A stretch of 64,000 nt of DNA. Origin: Eledone cirrhosa. Lineage: Eukaryota. Below are positions 1 to 11,969 of the stretch, piece after piece. A program made the translations under genes and the position numbers. The notes beneath the pieces were generated by a model. That model saw nothing but the letters and a program-made list of their open reading frames with translations. It was not told where the DNA came from and made no database searches. The stretch is taken from the NCBI GenBank assembly GCA_964016885.1, contig OZ024760.1:8370001-8434000 (forward strand), given 5' to 3'. Numbering within the stretch: position 1 is the stretch's first letter; the number at the start of each line of letters is the position of its first letter.

Positions 1-142
1 TATCGAATCTATGAGAGTTTGATATTATTTACTTTGAGAACAATACCTTATCATCGGTAAGAACAGCTGCTTATTGCCGGCTTGAACAGAAAGGTGAGAG
101 CATTCTGGCCAGATACAGCCAGTTTAAATACTAAAGGGTTAA
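1..142 (-). mobile_element. piggyBac-type MITE, partial copy cut by the window edge
   Basis: Ends ...taaagggTTAA; internal sequence matches the complete copies at 27580-27785 and 35539-35755. Confidence 0.7.
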
Positions 143-233
143 AGATAGGAGCCCCAGTCCTATCACATTGCTACAGGTCACATCTATGTAGATTTAACTG
201 GATTCCTACATAGTTGCATCTCATAGATTTTCT

Positions 234-558
234 GTTAGAGCATTGGCCTTGCAATCGAAAGGTTGTGAGTTCAATTCTCAGACTGGGTGATGTGTTGTTT
301 CCTTGAGCAAGACACTTTATTTCACATTGCTCCAGTTTACTCAACTGTATAAATGAGATGATAGGGACTGGGGTCCCTATCATTCCACTGCAAAGTGGTT
401 GTGGAGGTGCCACGGCAAAAAAGCACCCAGCACTCACTGTAAATGAGGTTGGTGTTAGGAAGGGCATCCAGCTGTAGAAATCAAGCCAGTATCAGTTTCC
501 GTCCCACCCTTGCAAGCAGGGAAAAGTGGACATAAAATGATGATGATGATGATGATGA
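234..558 (+). mobile_element. SINE family A (tRNA head, CORE-like domain, hairpin, RTE-type tail, (TGA)n)
   Basis: B-box gagttcaattc; CORE-like ccttgagcaagacactt...ctgtataaatgag; tail cccacccttgcaagcagggaaaag followed by (tga)n; more than 10 near-identical copies in the window. Confidence 0.85.
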
Positions 559-949
559 TATATATACACACACATAAACACATGTATGTGTGTGTGTGTA
601 TATATATATAGAGAGAGGGGGGGGGTATAGGCCAGAAGATTGTTATCTCCAGTCTTACTTCCTTCTCTTCCTATTACTCCTGTATTAAGATGGTGGTGGT
701 GGTGGTGGTGGTGGCAGTGGGGTGTCTCCAGAGTCCCCCCACTAATCTACCTATCTCCACTTGTCTATCTATCCAACTATTTAGCTATCTCTACCTGTCC
801 AGTCGCCACTGTCTGTCCATCTGTCCAGCCAGCCAGCCACCTTCCTAACTATATATCTTATAGATTCTCCCCAGATAACACATGTAATTACACCAATGAT
901 TAAGGACAGAAACCAAACTGTTATAAACAGGTCACAGCTATCCTACTTT

Positions 950-1503
950 ATACCACCACCACCACCACCACCATCACTGCTACCACCACCATTGCTACCA
1001 CCACCACCACCACCACCTCCAGTACCACCACCACCATAACCACCAACACTACCACTACCACCACTACCACCAACACCATTACCACCACCACCACCACCAC
1101 CACCACCACTTCCAGTACCACCACCATCACCACCACCACCACCATCACTGCTACCACCACCACCACCACCACTGCTACCACCACCACCACCATCACCACC
1201 AACACTACCACTACCACCACTACCATCACCACCACCACCACCACCACCTCCAGTACCACCACCACTACCATCACCACCACCGCTACCACCACCAACACCA
1301 TTACCACCACCACCACCACCACCTCCAGTACCACCACCACCACCACCACCACCATTACCACCACTATCACCACCACCACCACCGCTACCACCACCACCAC
1401 CATTACCACCACTATCACCACCAACACTACCACTACCACCACTACCATCACCACCACCGCTACCACCACCACCACTACCATCACCACCACCACCACCACC
1501 TCC
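950..1503. repeat. Degenerate (CAC/ACC)n trinucleotide array
   Basis: Seen directly; it produces the spurious poly-Val ORF. Confidence 0.95.
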
Positions 1504-1534
1504 ACAAGTACAAGTGTTATGGTGGTGTTTAATT

Positions 1535-1855
1535 GTATGTGAGTGAGTGTGTGTCTGTGTGTGTAGTTATGTATGTATATATATGAGTGTGTGCATGTGT
1601 GTGTATGTATATATATGTCTGTGTGTGTGGTAGTTATGTATGTATATATCTATATGTGTGTGTAGTTATTTATGTATATATCTATTTTTACGAGTGTGTG
1701 TGTGTAGTTATGTATGTATGTGTGCGTGTGTGTGTGTGTAATTATGTATGTATATATATATATATATATATATCTTTCTATCTATCTGTGTGTGTGTGTA
1801 ATGTATGTATATATCTATCTATGTGTGTGTGTAGTTATGTATGTATGTAATTATG

Positions 1856-1892
<37 letters not shown>

Positions 1893-2033
1893 TTCTATCT
1901 ATCTGTGTGTGTGTGTGTAATGTATGTATATATCTATATGTGTGTGTAGTTATGTATGTATAGGTGTGTGTGTGTGTGTAGTTATGTATGTGTATATCTA
2001 TTTTAATGTGTGTGTGTGTGCATGTGTGTGTGT
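1535..2033. repeat. Compound (TG)/(TA)/(TATG) microsatellite
   Basis: Seen directly. Confidence 0.9.
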
Positions 2034-2440
2034 ACTATGCAACAGTAACTTTAGGAAGCCAACCTGTGACTTGATCACCTGTCAATCAGGTGATTACACA
2101 AGCCAGGTAGATTTCTTTCTCTCCAGAAAACAAGATAGGTAGAGGGTTATAAATCCCCCGTTTCCTCTCCAGAAAAGTGAGGAATCCACAATCTAATATA
2201 GATTGTGGATTGATGGCTTCGGAGGAAGATAAGGAACTGAAAACAGTCTGGAGGGGGACGATGTGAAAGATTACAAACCCATCAAACAGTTGGAAGTTTA
2301 ACCCTTTAGCATTTAAACCGGCTGTATCTGGCCAGAATTATCTCACCCTTTTCTGTCCAAACCAACTGTAACCAACCACTCATACTGACGATCAAATTCG
2401 CTATCTTCAACTCGGTATTCATGCCAACCACTAACTACGG

Positions 2441-2487
<47 letters not shown>

Positions 2488-2490
<3 letters not shown>

Positions 2491-2820
2491 TCATCATTTT
2501 ACGTCCGCTTTTCCCTGCTTGCAAGGGTGGGACGGGAACTGATTCTGGCTTGATTTCTACAGCTGGATGCCCTTCCTAACACCAACCTCATTTACAGTGA
2601 GTGCTGGGTGCTTTTTTTGCCGTGGCACCTCCACGAGCACTTTGCAGTGGAATGATATGGACCCCAGTCCCTATCATCTCATTTCTACAGCTGAGTAAAC
2701 TGGAGCAATGTGAAATAAAGTGTCTTGCTCAAAGAAACAACACATTACCCGGTCTGAGAATTGAATTCACAACCTTTCGATTGCAGGGCCAATGCTCTAA
2801 CCATTAAGCCATGTACCTCC
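2488..2820 (-). mobile_element. SINE family A, full-length copy
   Basis: Reverse complement of the consensus from the ggagg.. head to the (tga)n tail; flanked by (TA)n. Confidence 0.85.
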
Positions 2821-3224
2821 ATCTATATATATATATATAGGATTAAAATACTGGAGCGTGTTGGAGTTAAACACCCTCTTCGTATTATAGAAATGACAGT
2901 AAAAGGTATAGCTCAATGGTCGGGTCATCGGCGACTAAACCGGCAACCCCACCAAGTTTACTTGGTGAGGGGGGTGATTTTGGACACCCTGCAGGATAGA
3001 TAAAAAAGAAAACCCAACAAAGGGCGGAAGAACTCATAAGAGTCAACGGTCATCCAAAAATGTGTAAATATATATATACATGTATGTATGTATGCATGTG
3101 TATGTATATGCGCGGGGACATAGAAATAATCCGGCTAGATACCCGATCGCGCAGTTAAACCACTAGTAATGAAGGACCCCTAGCCTTTGTCAGGGCATTC
3201 TTCTAGGAGAAGGCAACAGTGAGA

Positions 3225-3590
3225 TCTGGGCACTGTGTGCTGAGGATCTGCGAAGATTGGAAAGAAATGTACCCTCCATGCTTCACTGGATGTGCAATAG
3301 CAATATACATGAATGGCAAAGTATACAAGCACTGCATGAGAAATTAAGCATAAAAGGGATCAGTTGTTGCATGCAGGAGAGGAGATTGCGTTGGTATGGA
3401 CATGTGATGCGTAGGAAGGGTGACAGCTGTATAAGGTGCAGAGCACTCAAAGTCGATGGAGCATGGTGTGGGCAGGCCAAGGAAGACTTGGGATGAGGTA
3501 ATAAAAGCTGACCTCGCACAATTATGCCTCTCAAAGGAAATGACACAGGACTATGACCCCTGGCGCTATGTAGTTTTACAGAAGACCTGC
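3225..3590 (+). mobile_element. RTE-clade LINE, decayed 3' fragment
   Basis: Translation ..MLHWMC..ERRLRWYGHVMR.. is the typical RTE ORF C-terminus. Confidence 0.8.
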
Positions 3591-3721
3591 CCTTTATTAT
3601 TCTCAGGATGAGGCTTATACCTAGTATCTAATACCTTCCTCCACCTTCTTTCCTCTCATTCACCTCCCCTTCTACCCTGTCCTCATTTTCCCCCAAGCTT
3701 CCTCCCTCTTTCCTAATCCCA

Positions 3722-4270
3722 AGACAAAAGGTGCCCAGTCCACACTATAAAGTGGTCATGTAGGTGTCACAACAAAAAGGTGCCCAGTGCACACTGTAAA
3801 GTGGTCGTGTAGGTGTCACGACAAAAAGTGCCCAGTTCACACTGTAAAGTGGTCGTGTAGGTGTCACAACAAAAAGTGCCCAGTGCACACTGTAAAGTGG
3901 TCGTGTAGGTGTCACAAAAAAAAGTGCCCAGTTCACACTGTAAAGTGGTCATGTAGGTGTCACAACAAAAAGTGCCCAATTCACACTGTAAGTGGTCGTA
4001 TAGGTGTCACAACAAAAAGGTGCCCAGTGCACACTGTAAAGTGGTCGTGTAGGTGTCACGACAAAAAGGTGCCCAGTGCACACTGTAAAGTGGTCGTGTA
4101 GGTGTCAAGACAAAAAGTGCCCAGTGCACACTGTAAAGTGGTCGTGTAGGTGACACGACAAAAGGCACCCAGCAAACACTGTAAATGTGGTTAGCAGTAG
4201 GAAGGGCACCCAGCTGTAGAAACCAAGCCAAAATCTTCCCCAGGTGAGCTAAACGAGGGTCAATCCATCC
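3722..4270 (+). repeat. SINE-derived ~48-bp minisatellite (~9 units) running into a SINE tail
   Basis: Unit gtgcccagtgcacactgtaaagtggtcgtgtaggtgtcacgacaaaaa, followed by the aggaagggcacccagctgtagaaa SINE motif. Confidence 0.9.
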
Positions 4271-4344
4271 TACCCATGAATGATGGACGCTAATCAACAA
4301 GGTTGGTGATATATTTATGTGTGTATATATATATCAAGTGTGAT

Positions 4345-4607
4345 ATCATCATCATCATCATTCTACGTCCGCTTTTCCCTGCTTGCAAGGGTGGGACGGG
4401 TCTTATTCAGCACAGCATCTCTCCACTCGTCACGGTCCCTCGTCATCTCCACCGTGAGCTTCAATGATCTGAGGTCTGTTCTCACCACCTCCGCCCATGT
4501 TTTTCGTGGTCTACCTCTACCACGTCTTCCTTCAACTGGCATTTCCTGGCACTTCTTCACCCATCGGTCATCTTCCATGCGCATCACATGTCCATACCAC
4601 CTCAGTC
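4345..4607 (-). mobile_element. RTE LINE 3' end, well preserved, with (TGA)n tail
   Basis: RLRWYGHVMRMEDDRWVKKC..GRRGRGRPRKTW..KTRPTLASREKRT* followed by tgatga; the last ~45 nt match the SINE A tail. Confidence 0.9.
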
Positions 4608-4698
4608 TCCATATATGTGTATATATATTACATATATGGTATGTGTATATGCATACAAATACATATATGTGTATCGGCATAATCATGATTTGTGCATG

Positions 4699-4731
<33 letters not shown>

Positions 4732-4739
4732 TATACTGG

Positions 4740-4972
4740 TACCACAAAACATCCAGCCCATACTGTAAAGTGATCGTGTAGGTGTCACGACAAACAGCAC
4801 CCAGTCCACACTGTCAATGTGGTTGGCGTTAGGAAGGGCATCCAGCCGTAGAAAACCAGCCAGAAACACCCCTATATGAGCGAGACACGGTCACCCGACC
4901 CAACTTACCTCTAAATGGGACAAACCCGACTAACCCATGCTAGCGTGGAAGATATACGATGATGATGATGAT
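4740..4972 (+). mobile_element. 5'-truncated SINE of the alternative-tail subfamily
   Basis: ggttggcgttaggaagggcatccagccgtagaaa ... aacccatgctagcgtggaa followed by (tga)n. Confidence 0.75.
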
Positions 4973-5242
4973 GATATATATTTATATATATATATACACA
5001 CACACACAAACACACAGACACATACATAATGTACAGAGTGATTGTGGTGGTTTTAAATGGCAAAATATAGTCAACAGTGAATCCTTTATCAGAAGCAAAA
5101 TGATGAGAGATGGGGGACATGGGGTGGGTGGGAGGAGGGGGGGGTCATCTATTTTGGAGGAGAGAGAGAGAGAGTGATGAGAGAGATATCAGCTGCTGTG
5201 GAGGATGAGGAAAGACAGAGAGTGGGTGAATGGTGGTGGGGG

Positions 5243-5442
5243 NNNNNNNNNNNNNNNNNNNNNNNNNNNNNNNNNNNNNNNNNNNNNNNNNNNNNNNNNN
5301 NNNNNNNNNNNNNNNNNNNNNNNNNNNNNNNNNNNNNNNNNNNNNNNNNNNNNNNNNNNNNNNNNNNNNNNNNNNNNNNNNNNNNNNNNNNNNNNNNNNN
5401 NNNNNNNNNNNNNNNNNNNNNNNNNNNNNNNNNNNNNNNNNN
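5243..5442. other. Assembly gap (200 N)
   Basis: N run within GA-rich low-complexity sequence. Confidence 1.
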
Positions 5443-6042
5443 TAAGTGAGAGAGATGAGGGAAGGAGAGATAATAGTTCTGGGGGAGGAGGCAGAGGAGG
5501 AGAGAGAGAGAGTGAGAGGGAGTGTAAGTGAGAGAGATGAGGGAAGGAGAGATAATAGTTCTGGGGGAGAAGGATGGGGGGGTGAGAGTATGTGGGGGGG
5601 GGGTAACAATTGTTCTGGGGGGGCGATGGGGGAGTGGTGAATAGAGGGGGGGGCTGTTCTTGAGGAGGGGGGTGAAAGAGGGGAGGGTGATGATTGGAGG
5701 GGGGGGGGGGGCTGAAAGAGGGAGAGGGGAAGGAAGAGAGGGGGATGGGGGTGAAAGAAGAGGGAAGGTAAAATATCAGCTGTTCTGGAGGTGAACGAAC
5801 TCTCAATGAGAACCATTTTCCAATATTGATTTTTGCTGCTAGTTCTATCAAATACGGCTATTGACAAAACCTGTATGATTAATGGTGATGGTGGTGATGA
5901 TGATGTTATATACATCTAGTTAAAGATGGTAAATATATACAGTGTAAGATATAGAGCCAATAATATATATTGTAACATGTTAACATCTATAGCGAATGAT
6001 GTATATCACATATTATATACATTGTAACATCTACATCCCCAC

Positions 6043-6450
6043 ATCATCATCATCATCATCATCATCACCGTTTTACGTCCGTTCTTCCACGCTAGCATGG
6101 GTTAGACGGGTTGTCCTGTGGTGGGCAGTGTCTGGTTGGCTGGCCTTTTGTCTTGCTCATACGGGAACTGATTCTGGCTTGATTTCTACAGCTGGATGCC
6201 CTTCCTAACACCAACCTCATTTACAGTGAGTGCTGGGTGCTTTTTTGCCGTGGCACCTCCATGACCCACTTTGCAGTGGAATGATAGGGACCCCAGTCCC
6301 TATCATCTCATTTCTACAGCTGAGTAAACTGGAGCAATGTGAAATAAAGTGTCTTGCTCAAGGGAAACAACACATCACCCGGTCTGAGAATTGAACTCAC
6401 AACCTTTCGATTGCAAGGCCAATGCTCTAACCACTAAGCCATGTGCCTCC
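6043..6450 (-). mobile_element. SINE family A copy carrying the alternative tail
   Basis: Head and body match family A; the 3' end is the aacccgtctaacccatgctagcgtggaag type. Confidence 0.8.
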
Positions 6451-6636
6451 ATATATATATATATATACACACACACACAGGTAATATTCTGTTATAAAGA
6501 ATACCATTATAATGAATTATTCAGTATAACAAACATTTTTTCAATCCTCAGCCACAGTGCTGATGTGTTATGGCGATCACGTTATAAAGAATTTTTCGCT
6601 ACAACAAAAATTTTTTTATACCCTGTAAATTATAAC

Positions 6637-6730
<94 letters not shown>

Positions 6731-6823
6731 TGTCAACATGAATGGACCTGTTATTTTTATCTAAAGACATTTTTTCCAATTCCACCCCGACCGTCCCCTC
6801 AATCTATTTTATTTCTCATTCTT

Positions 6824-6859
6824 TCTTCTGATGAAGGACCAGCGTCCGAAACGTTAAGA
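6824..6859 (+). ncRNA. Minimal hammerhead ribozyme motif in a Penelope-like terminal-repeat fragment (~6730-6950)
   Basis: TCTT CTGATGA A GGAC-cagc-GTCC GAAA CG TT AAGA: both core boxes, 4-bp stem II, 4-bp stem I, palindromic AACGTT at stem III. Confidence 0.65.
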
Positions 6860-6974
6860 CCCTCTTCCTGCTATATCAAGCGTTAACCTAATATATCCCT
6901 TCCATATACTGTACCGATTGTGTTGTTATTTCTGTTTACTTTTTACATACATATATATGCACACATAATTAAAT

Positions 6975-7200
6975 AAATAAATATATATTATTATACTTTG
7001 GGACGTCATGCAGCCAACAAAAACACACGCACCTGTTGGTTTTCACCTCAATTTATTATAAATTTCCAGTTGATTGGTTGGTTGGTTCGATAACTGGAAG
7101 ATTGTTTATATACTGTCAAAGCTCTTTCGTCAGTGACTGGGTTTTTATTTTGTGTTCCTCCTTTGTTCAGTCCTACATCATCTTGTTTTTGTATGTAGGA
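6975..7200 (-). mobile_element. Penelope-like terminal-repeat fragment with HHR stem II deleted
   Basis: Homologous to 15335-15550, but reads gtcaCTGACGAAAGAGCTTTGAC with no stem II. Confidence 0.6.
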
Positions 7201-7283
7201 CAGAACAAAGTATAACAATATCTGTTTCAACATATTTTCAGATAAGAAATCTTGCAAAACAAATTCTAAAACGAAGTATAATA

Positions 7284-7624
7284 TCATCATCATCATCATT
7301 TTACGTCCACTTTTCCCTGCTTGCAAGGGTGGGACGGGAACTGATTCTGGCTTGATTTCTACAGCTGGATGCCCTTCCTAACACCAACCTCATTTACAGT
7401 GAGTGTTGGGTGCTTTTTTTTGTCGTGGCACCTACACAACCACTTTGCAGTGGAATGATAGGGACCCCAGTCCCTATCATCTCATTTCTACAGCTGAGTA
7501 AACTGGAGCAATGTGAAATAAAGTGTCTTGCTCAAGGAAACAACACATCACCCAGTCTGAGAAATTGAACTCACAACCTTTCAATTATAAGGCCAATGCT
7601 CTAACCACTAAGCCATGTGCCTCC
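7284..7624 (-). mobile_element. SINE family A, full-length copy
   Basis: Matches the consensus end to end. Confidence 0.85.
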
Positions 7625-7639
7625 ATTATCAATATCAAC

Positions 7640-7830
7640 CCACAAACATAGGACCACCACAACAAAGGTAAACTGGACCAGGAGGAATCGAAATTCCTGA
7701 GTTAAAATCAATACAGGACCTGGGTGTTGACATGAGCAATGATGCATCCTTTCATGTTCACATCACTAAAATGATGGCAATGTGCAGATGACTGACGAAT
7801 TGGATGGGTAAAGACTCCCTTCAGTCATGA
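7640..7830 (+). mobile_element. CR1/L2-like LINE fragment
   Basis: Translation DLGVDMSNDASFHVHI resembles the post-RT 'DLGV..D..L.F..HI' motif. Confidence 0.5.
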
Positions 7831-7884
7831 ATGAACCATGGGATTTGCACCTAGAAAGTTTTCTTCCGAGACAACTAGTGCGGG

Positions 7885-8137
7885 TAATGTTGTTTATCGA
7901 AGACCTGACCTGCAAACACCCATGGAAACCAAGATCCCCCACGCCACACCACCGCCAATGTTGTCCAAGGAAAAACCAATGTCTGATAAAGATTGGCACC
8001 AGTAACGTCACAGCACATTTCTACAGTTGAGTGAACTGGCACAACATAAAATAAAGTGTCTTGCTCAAGAACACAATGCACCACCCAGTCCAAGAATCGA
8101 ACTCACAACCTCACAATTGCAAGTTTAATACTCTAAC
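7885..8137 (-). mobile_element. Older CORE-like SINE subfamily (related copies at 21935-22131, 45075-45170, 45575-45875, 55484-55598)
   Basis: Shares the tRNA head and the cttgagcaagacactttattt..ccagttcactcaactgtagaaatg domain, but has a different 3' part. Confidence 0.7.
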
Positions 8138-8224
8138 CAGACACACATTCATACAGATGTAATCTCTTTTACTGATTAGAAATATTGTGAGGAGGTGTTA
8201 ATTATACAAGTCAATGACCTCTTT

Positions 8225-9045
8225 CATCATTACCACCACCACCACTGCCATCACAACCATCATTATCATCATCATCACCACCACCACCACTGCCATCACA
8301 ACCATCATTATCATCATCATCACCACCACCACCGCTGCCATCACAACCATCATTATCATCATCATCACCACCACCACCACTGCCATCACAACCATCATTA
8401 TCATCATCAACATCACCACCACCACCACCACTACCAGCATCAACATCACAACCAGCATCAACATCACCACCACCACCACCATCCCCACTACCAGCATCAA
8501 CATCACCACCACCACTACCACCACCACCACCATCAACATCATCACTACCACCACCACCACTACCAGCATCAACATCACCACTACCAGCATCATCACTACC
8601 ACCACCACCACTACCAGCATCAACATCACCACTACCAGCATCATCACCACCACCACTACCACCACCACCACCACCACTACCACCACCACCACTACCAGCA
8701 TCAACATCACAACCAGCATCATCACCACCACCACCACCACCACCACTACCACCACCACCACTACCAGCATCAACATCACAACCAGCATCATCACCACCAC
8801 CACCACCACCACCACCACTACCAGCATCAACATCACAACCAGCACCATCACCACCATCACCATCACCATCAACATCATCACTACCATCACCATCCTTATC
8901 ATCAACAACTACAAAAACTAGAACCTGTCATTACATCACTGTCACCATCGTTACTTTCATAACCACCCCTACCACCATCATCACCACCATCACCATCATC
9001 ACCACCAATACCACCAGTACCACCACCACCATCATCATCATCACA
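8225..9045. repeat. Degenerate (CAC/CAT)n array
   Basis: Seen directly; source of the His/Thr/Val homopolymer ORFs. Confidence 0.95.
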
Positions 9046-9358
9046 ATTAATTTCTATTTTAATCGTTACCAAAAGAGAAGGAGTAGAAAGAAAGAGAGAG
9101 AGACAGAGAGAGAAAGAGATGGAGAGACAGAGAGAGATAAAGATAGAGAGTAAGAGAAAGGTGGAAAAAAGCACAGAAAAAGAAAGTGGGGGTGGAAATA
9201 TAGAGAGAGGTGGAGGGGGGGGGGGGGGGGTTTAGCTTCTGTTACATAGGTGATCTAATTAAAAGTGGAGGGGGCTGCTCCCAGAACATAGAAGTTAGAA
9301 TAGGGACAGTATAGAAAAAGTTCTGGAAGCAACTACCTCGGTTAACATCAAAAGGTTT

Positions 9359-9702
9359 CATCATCATCATCATCTTCATTTTACGTCCACTTTTTCCCTG
9401 CTTGCAAGGGTGGGACGGGAACTGATTCTGGCTTGATTTCTACAGCTGGATGCCCTTCCTAACACCAACCTCATTTACAGTGAGTGCTGGGTGCTTTTTT
9501 TCCGTGGCACCTCCACGTCCACTTTGCAGTGGAATGATAGGGACCCCAGTCCCTATCATCTCATTTCTACAGCTGAGTAAACTGGAGCAAACTGAAATAA
9601 AGTGTCTTGCTCAAGGACACAACACATCACCTGGTCTGAGAATTGAACTCACAACCTGTCGATTGCAAGGCCAATGCTCTAACCACTAAGCCATCTGCCT
9701 CC
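9359..9702 (-). mobile_element. SINE family A, full-length copy
   Basis: Matches the consensus. Confidence 0.85.
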
Positions 9703-9779
9703 ACTTTTTCTCTCTATAAACGAAAGGCCAGCTCCATGATGACTATGACGTGTAATGCTACATGGTAATGAAACATAAG

Positions 9780-10515
9780 CAGTAAGTAGAAGGGCTATGC
9801 GCACACTGGAAAGAAATGAAGTGAGCATGCTTCAAAGGATGTGCAATGTTAATATGAGAGAATGGCAGAGCTTGGATTAGTCATGAGAAAAGCTGGATGT
9901 AAGAGGAATTAACACTTTAGCATTTAAACTGGCCATATCAGACCAGAATTCTCTCACTTCATTCTGTTTAAACTGGCTGTAACCAGCCACTCATATTGAT
10001 GTTAAGGTATTGTGCTCAAAATAAATAATTGTTTCTACTTTTGGCACAAGGCCAGCAGTTACCCAGTGCATTACTGGTACTTTATTTTATCGACCCCGTA
10101 AGGATGAGAGTCCAAGTTAACCTCGGCCAAAATAAATAATATCAAAATCTCATAGATTCGATATTAACTGTGATAATTATATGAGGTAAAACCTTTACCA
10201 TGAAAATATAATAGTAAATTTTGAGTAATGTAAATGCTAAAAGGGTTAAATGTAGTGTACAAGAGAGAAAACTGCACTGGTATGGACATGTGATGAACAT
10301 GGATGTTGATAGCTGGCTGAAGAAGCACCAAGAAGTTCCAGTGGAAGGAAGCCACAGTAGAGGAAGGCCAAGCAAGACCTGGGCAGAGGTGGTGAGAGCT
10401 GCTCTCAAATGACTGAAACTCACAATGATGAAAGATCACAGCATGTGGAGAAGAGATACTGTGCTGAAAAGGACCTGTCCAACCCATGTGGAAAAATGAA
10501 CGTAAAAATGATGAT
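9780..10515 (+). mobile_element. RTE LINE 3' fragment interrupted by a MITE
   Basis: KLDVRGI|KCSVQERKLHWYGHVM..GRPSKTWAEVV reads through once 9913-10249 is removed. Confidence 0.8.
9909..10249 (+). mobile_element. piggyBac-type MITE with TTAA duplication, containing a Nin-like SINE fragment (10030-10127)
   Basis: TTAA-cactttagcattta ... taaatgctaaaaggg-TTAA; the inner SINE is flanked by caaaataaataat direct repeats. Confidence 0.8.
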
Positions 10516-10540
10516 GTTGTCTGAGTGAAGCGTGCTCAAG

Positions 10541-11375
10541 ATGTTAGGTGCATTTGAACACTCTACCAAGTGCTGGGGGGACCACATGTTAGGTACATTT
10601 GAACACTCTACCAAGTGCTGGGGGGACCACATGTTAGGTACATTTGAACACTCTACCAAGTGCTGGGGGGACCACATGTTAGGTGCATTTGAACACTCTA
10701 CCAAGTGCTGGGGGGACCACATGTTAGGCACATTTGAACACTCTACCAAGTGCTGGGGGGGACCACATGTTAGGTACATTTGAACACTCTACCAAGTGCT
10801 GGGGGGACCACATGATAGGTACATTTGAACACTCTACCAAGTGCTGGGGGGGACCACATGTTAGGCACATTTGAACACTCTACCAAGTGCTGGGGGGACC
10901 ACATGATAGGTACATTTGAACACTCTACCAAGTGCTGGGGGGACCACATGTTAGGTACATTTGAACACTCTACCAAGTGCTGGGGGGACCATATGTTAGG
11001 TACATTTGAACACTCTACCAAGTGCTGGGGGGGACCACATGTTAGGTACATTTGAACACTCTACCAAGTGCTGGGGGGACCACATGTTAGGTACATTTGA
11101 ACACTCTACCAAATGCTGGGGGGGGACCACATGTTAGGTACATTTGAACACTCTACCAAGTGCTGGGGGGACCACATGTTAGGTACATTTGAACACTCTA
11201 CCAAGTGCTGGGGGGACCACATGATAGGTACATTTGAACACTCTACCAAGTGCTGGGGGGGACCACATGATAGGTACATTTGAACACTCTACCAAGTGCT
11301 GGGGGGACCACATGATAGGTACATTTGAACACTCTACCAAGTGCTGGGGGGACCACATGATAGGTACATTTGAAC
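10541..11375. repeat. 45-bp minisatellite, ~18 units
   Basis: Unit atgttaggtacatttgaacactctaccaagtgctggggggaccac, with variable G-run length. Confidence 0.95.
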
Positions 11376-11969
11376 TTTAAAATATATTAAAAAACATAAC
11401 ATTCTTTTTTATATTGTTTCAATAAAATAAATTCATTAACAAAAAAAAATAGAATAACTGAAACTGCAAAGGGAAATTAAGTGGGGGAGTTACATGGGTT
11501 GCCATTTCTTTAGAAGGGAGAGTTAGTCATCCATGACTGGATTTATGGATGGACGGGTGTACAGTTAGGAGGGCAATATGTTTGGAGTGGTGAAGACTCC
11601 ACAGTGAAGTACAGTCTACCTAGCAATAAGTAGGCACCACAGTCCCACAAGCTGTTACCAGGTAGCCCGACCCCCTTCCACTAGCACTCTCCAACAGTTA
11701 TTCTCAACATCACAACTTCAACCCCACCGTGCATTCTCCCTCATTCTTAGTAGGACCCGTCAATCATGCCAAGGATATGACAGCCTTCCTAGTTTTGGTG
11801 ATCTATACGATAAACACACCCAGTACACTCTGTGAAGTGCCAGCAGGTGAAATCTTGCCAAACGAAGGGCAGGGAGGACCCTCAGTTGTGTCAAAGATAT
11901 GACACCCTCTCCTGTGCACGCAGTGGAACATTGATGTTACATAAACGAGACACAGATCCCTGTGATAAT

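Noticed and set aside
171-467. Recurrent MPFLTPTSFTVSAG... ORF family
   Set aside because: Antisense reading of SINE A copies, not a gene family.
10541-11375. CRISPR-like appearance of regular repeats (also 3722, 16427, 32780, 61491)
   Set aside because: Units are contiguous with no unique spacers, there are no cas genes, and the context is eukaryotic.
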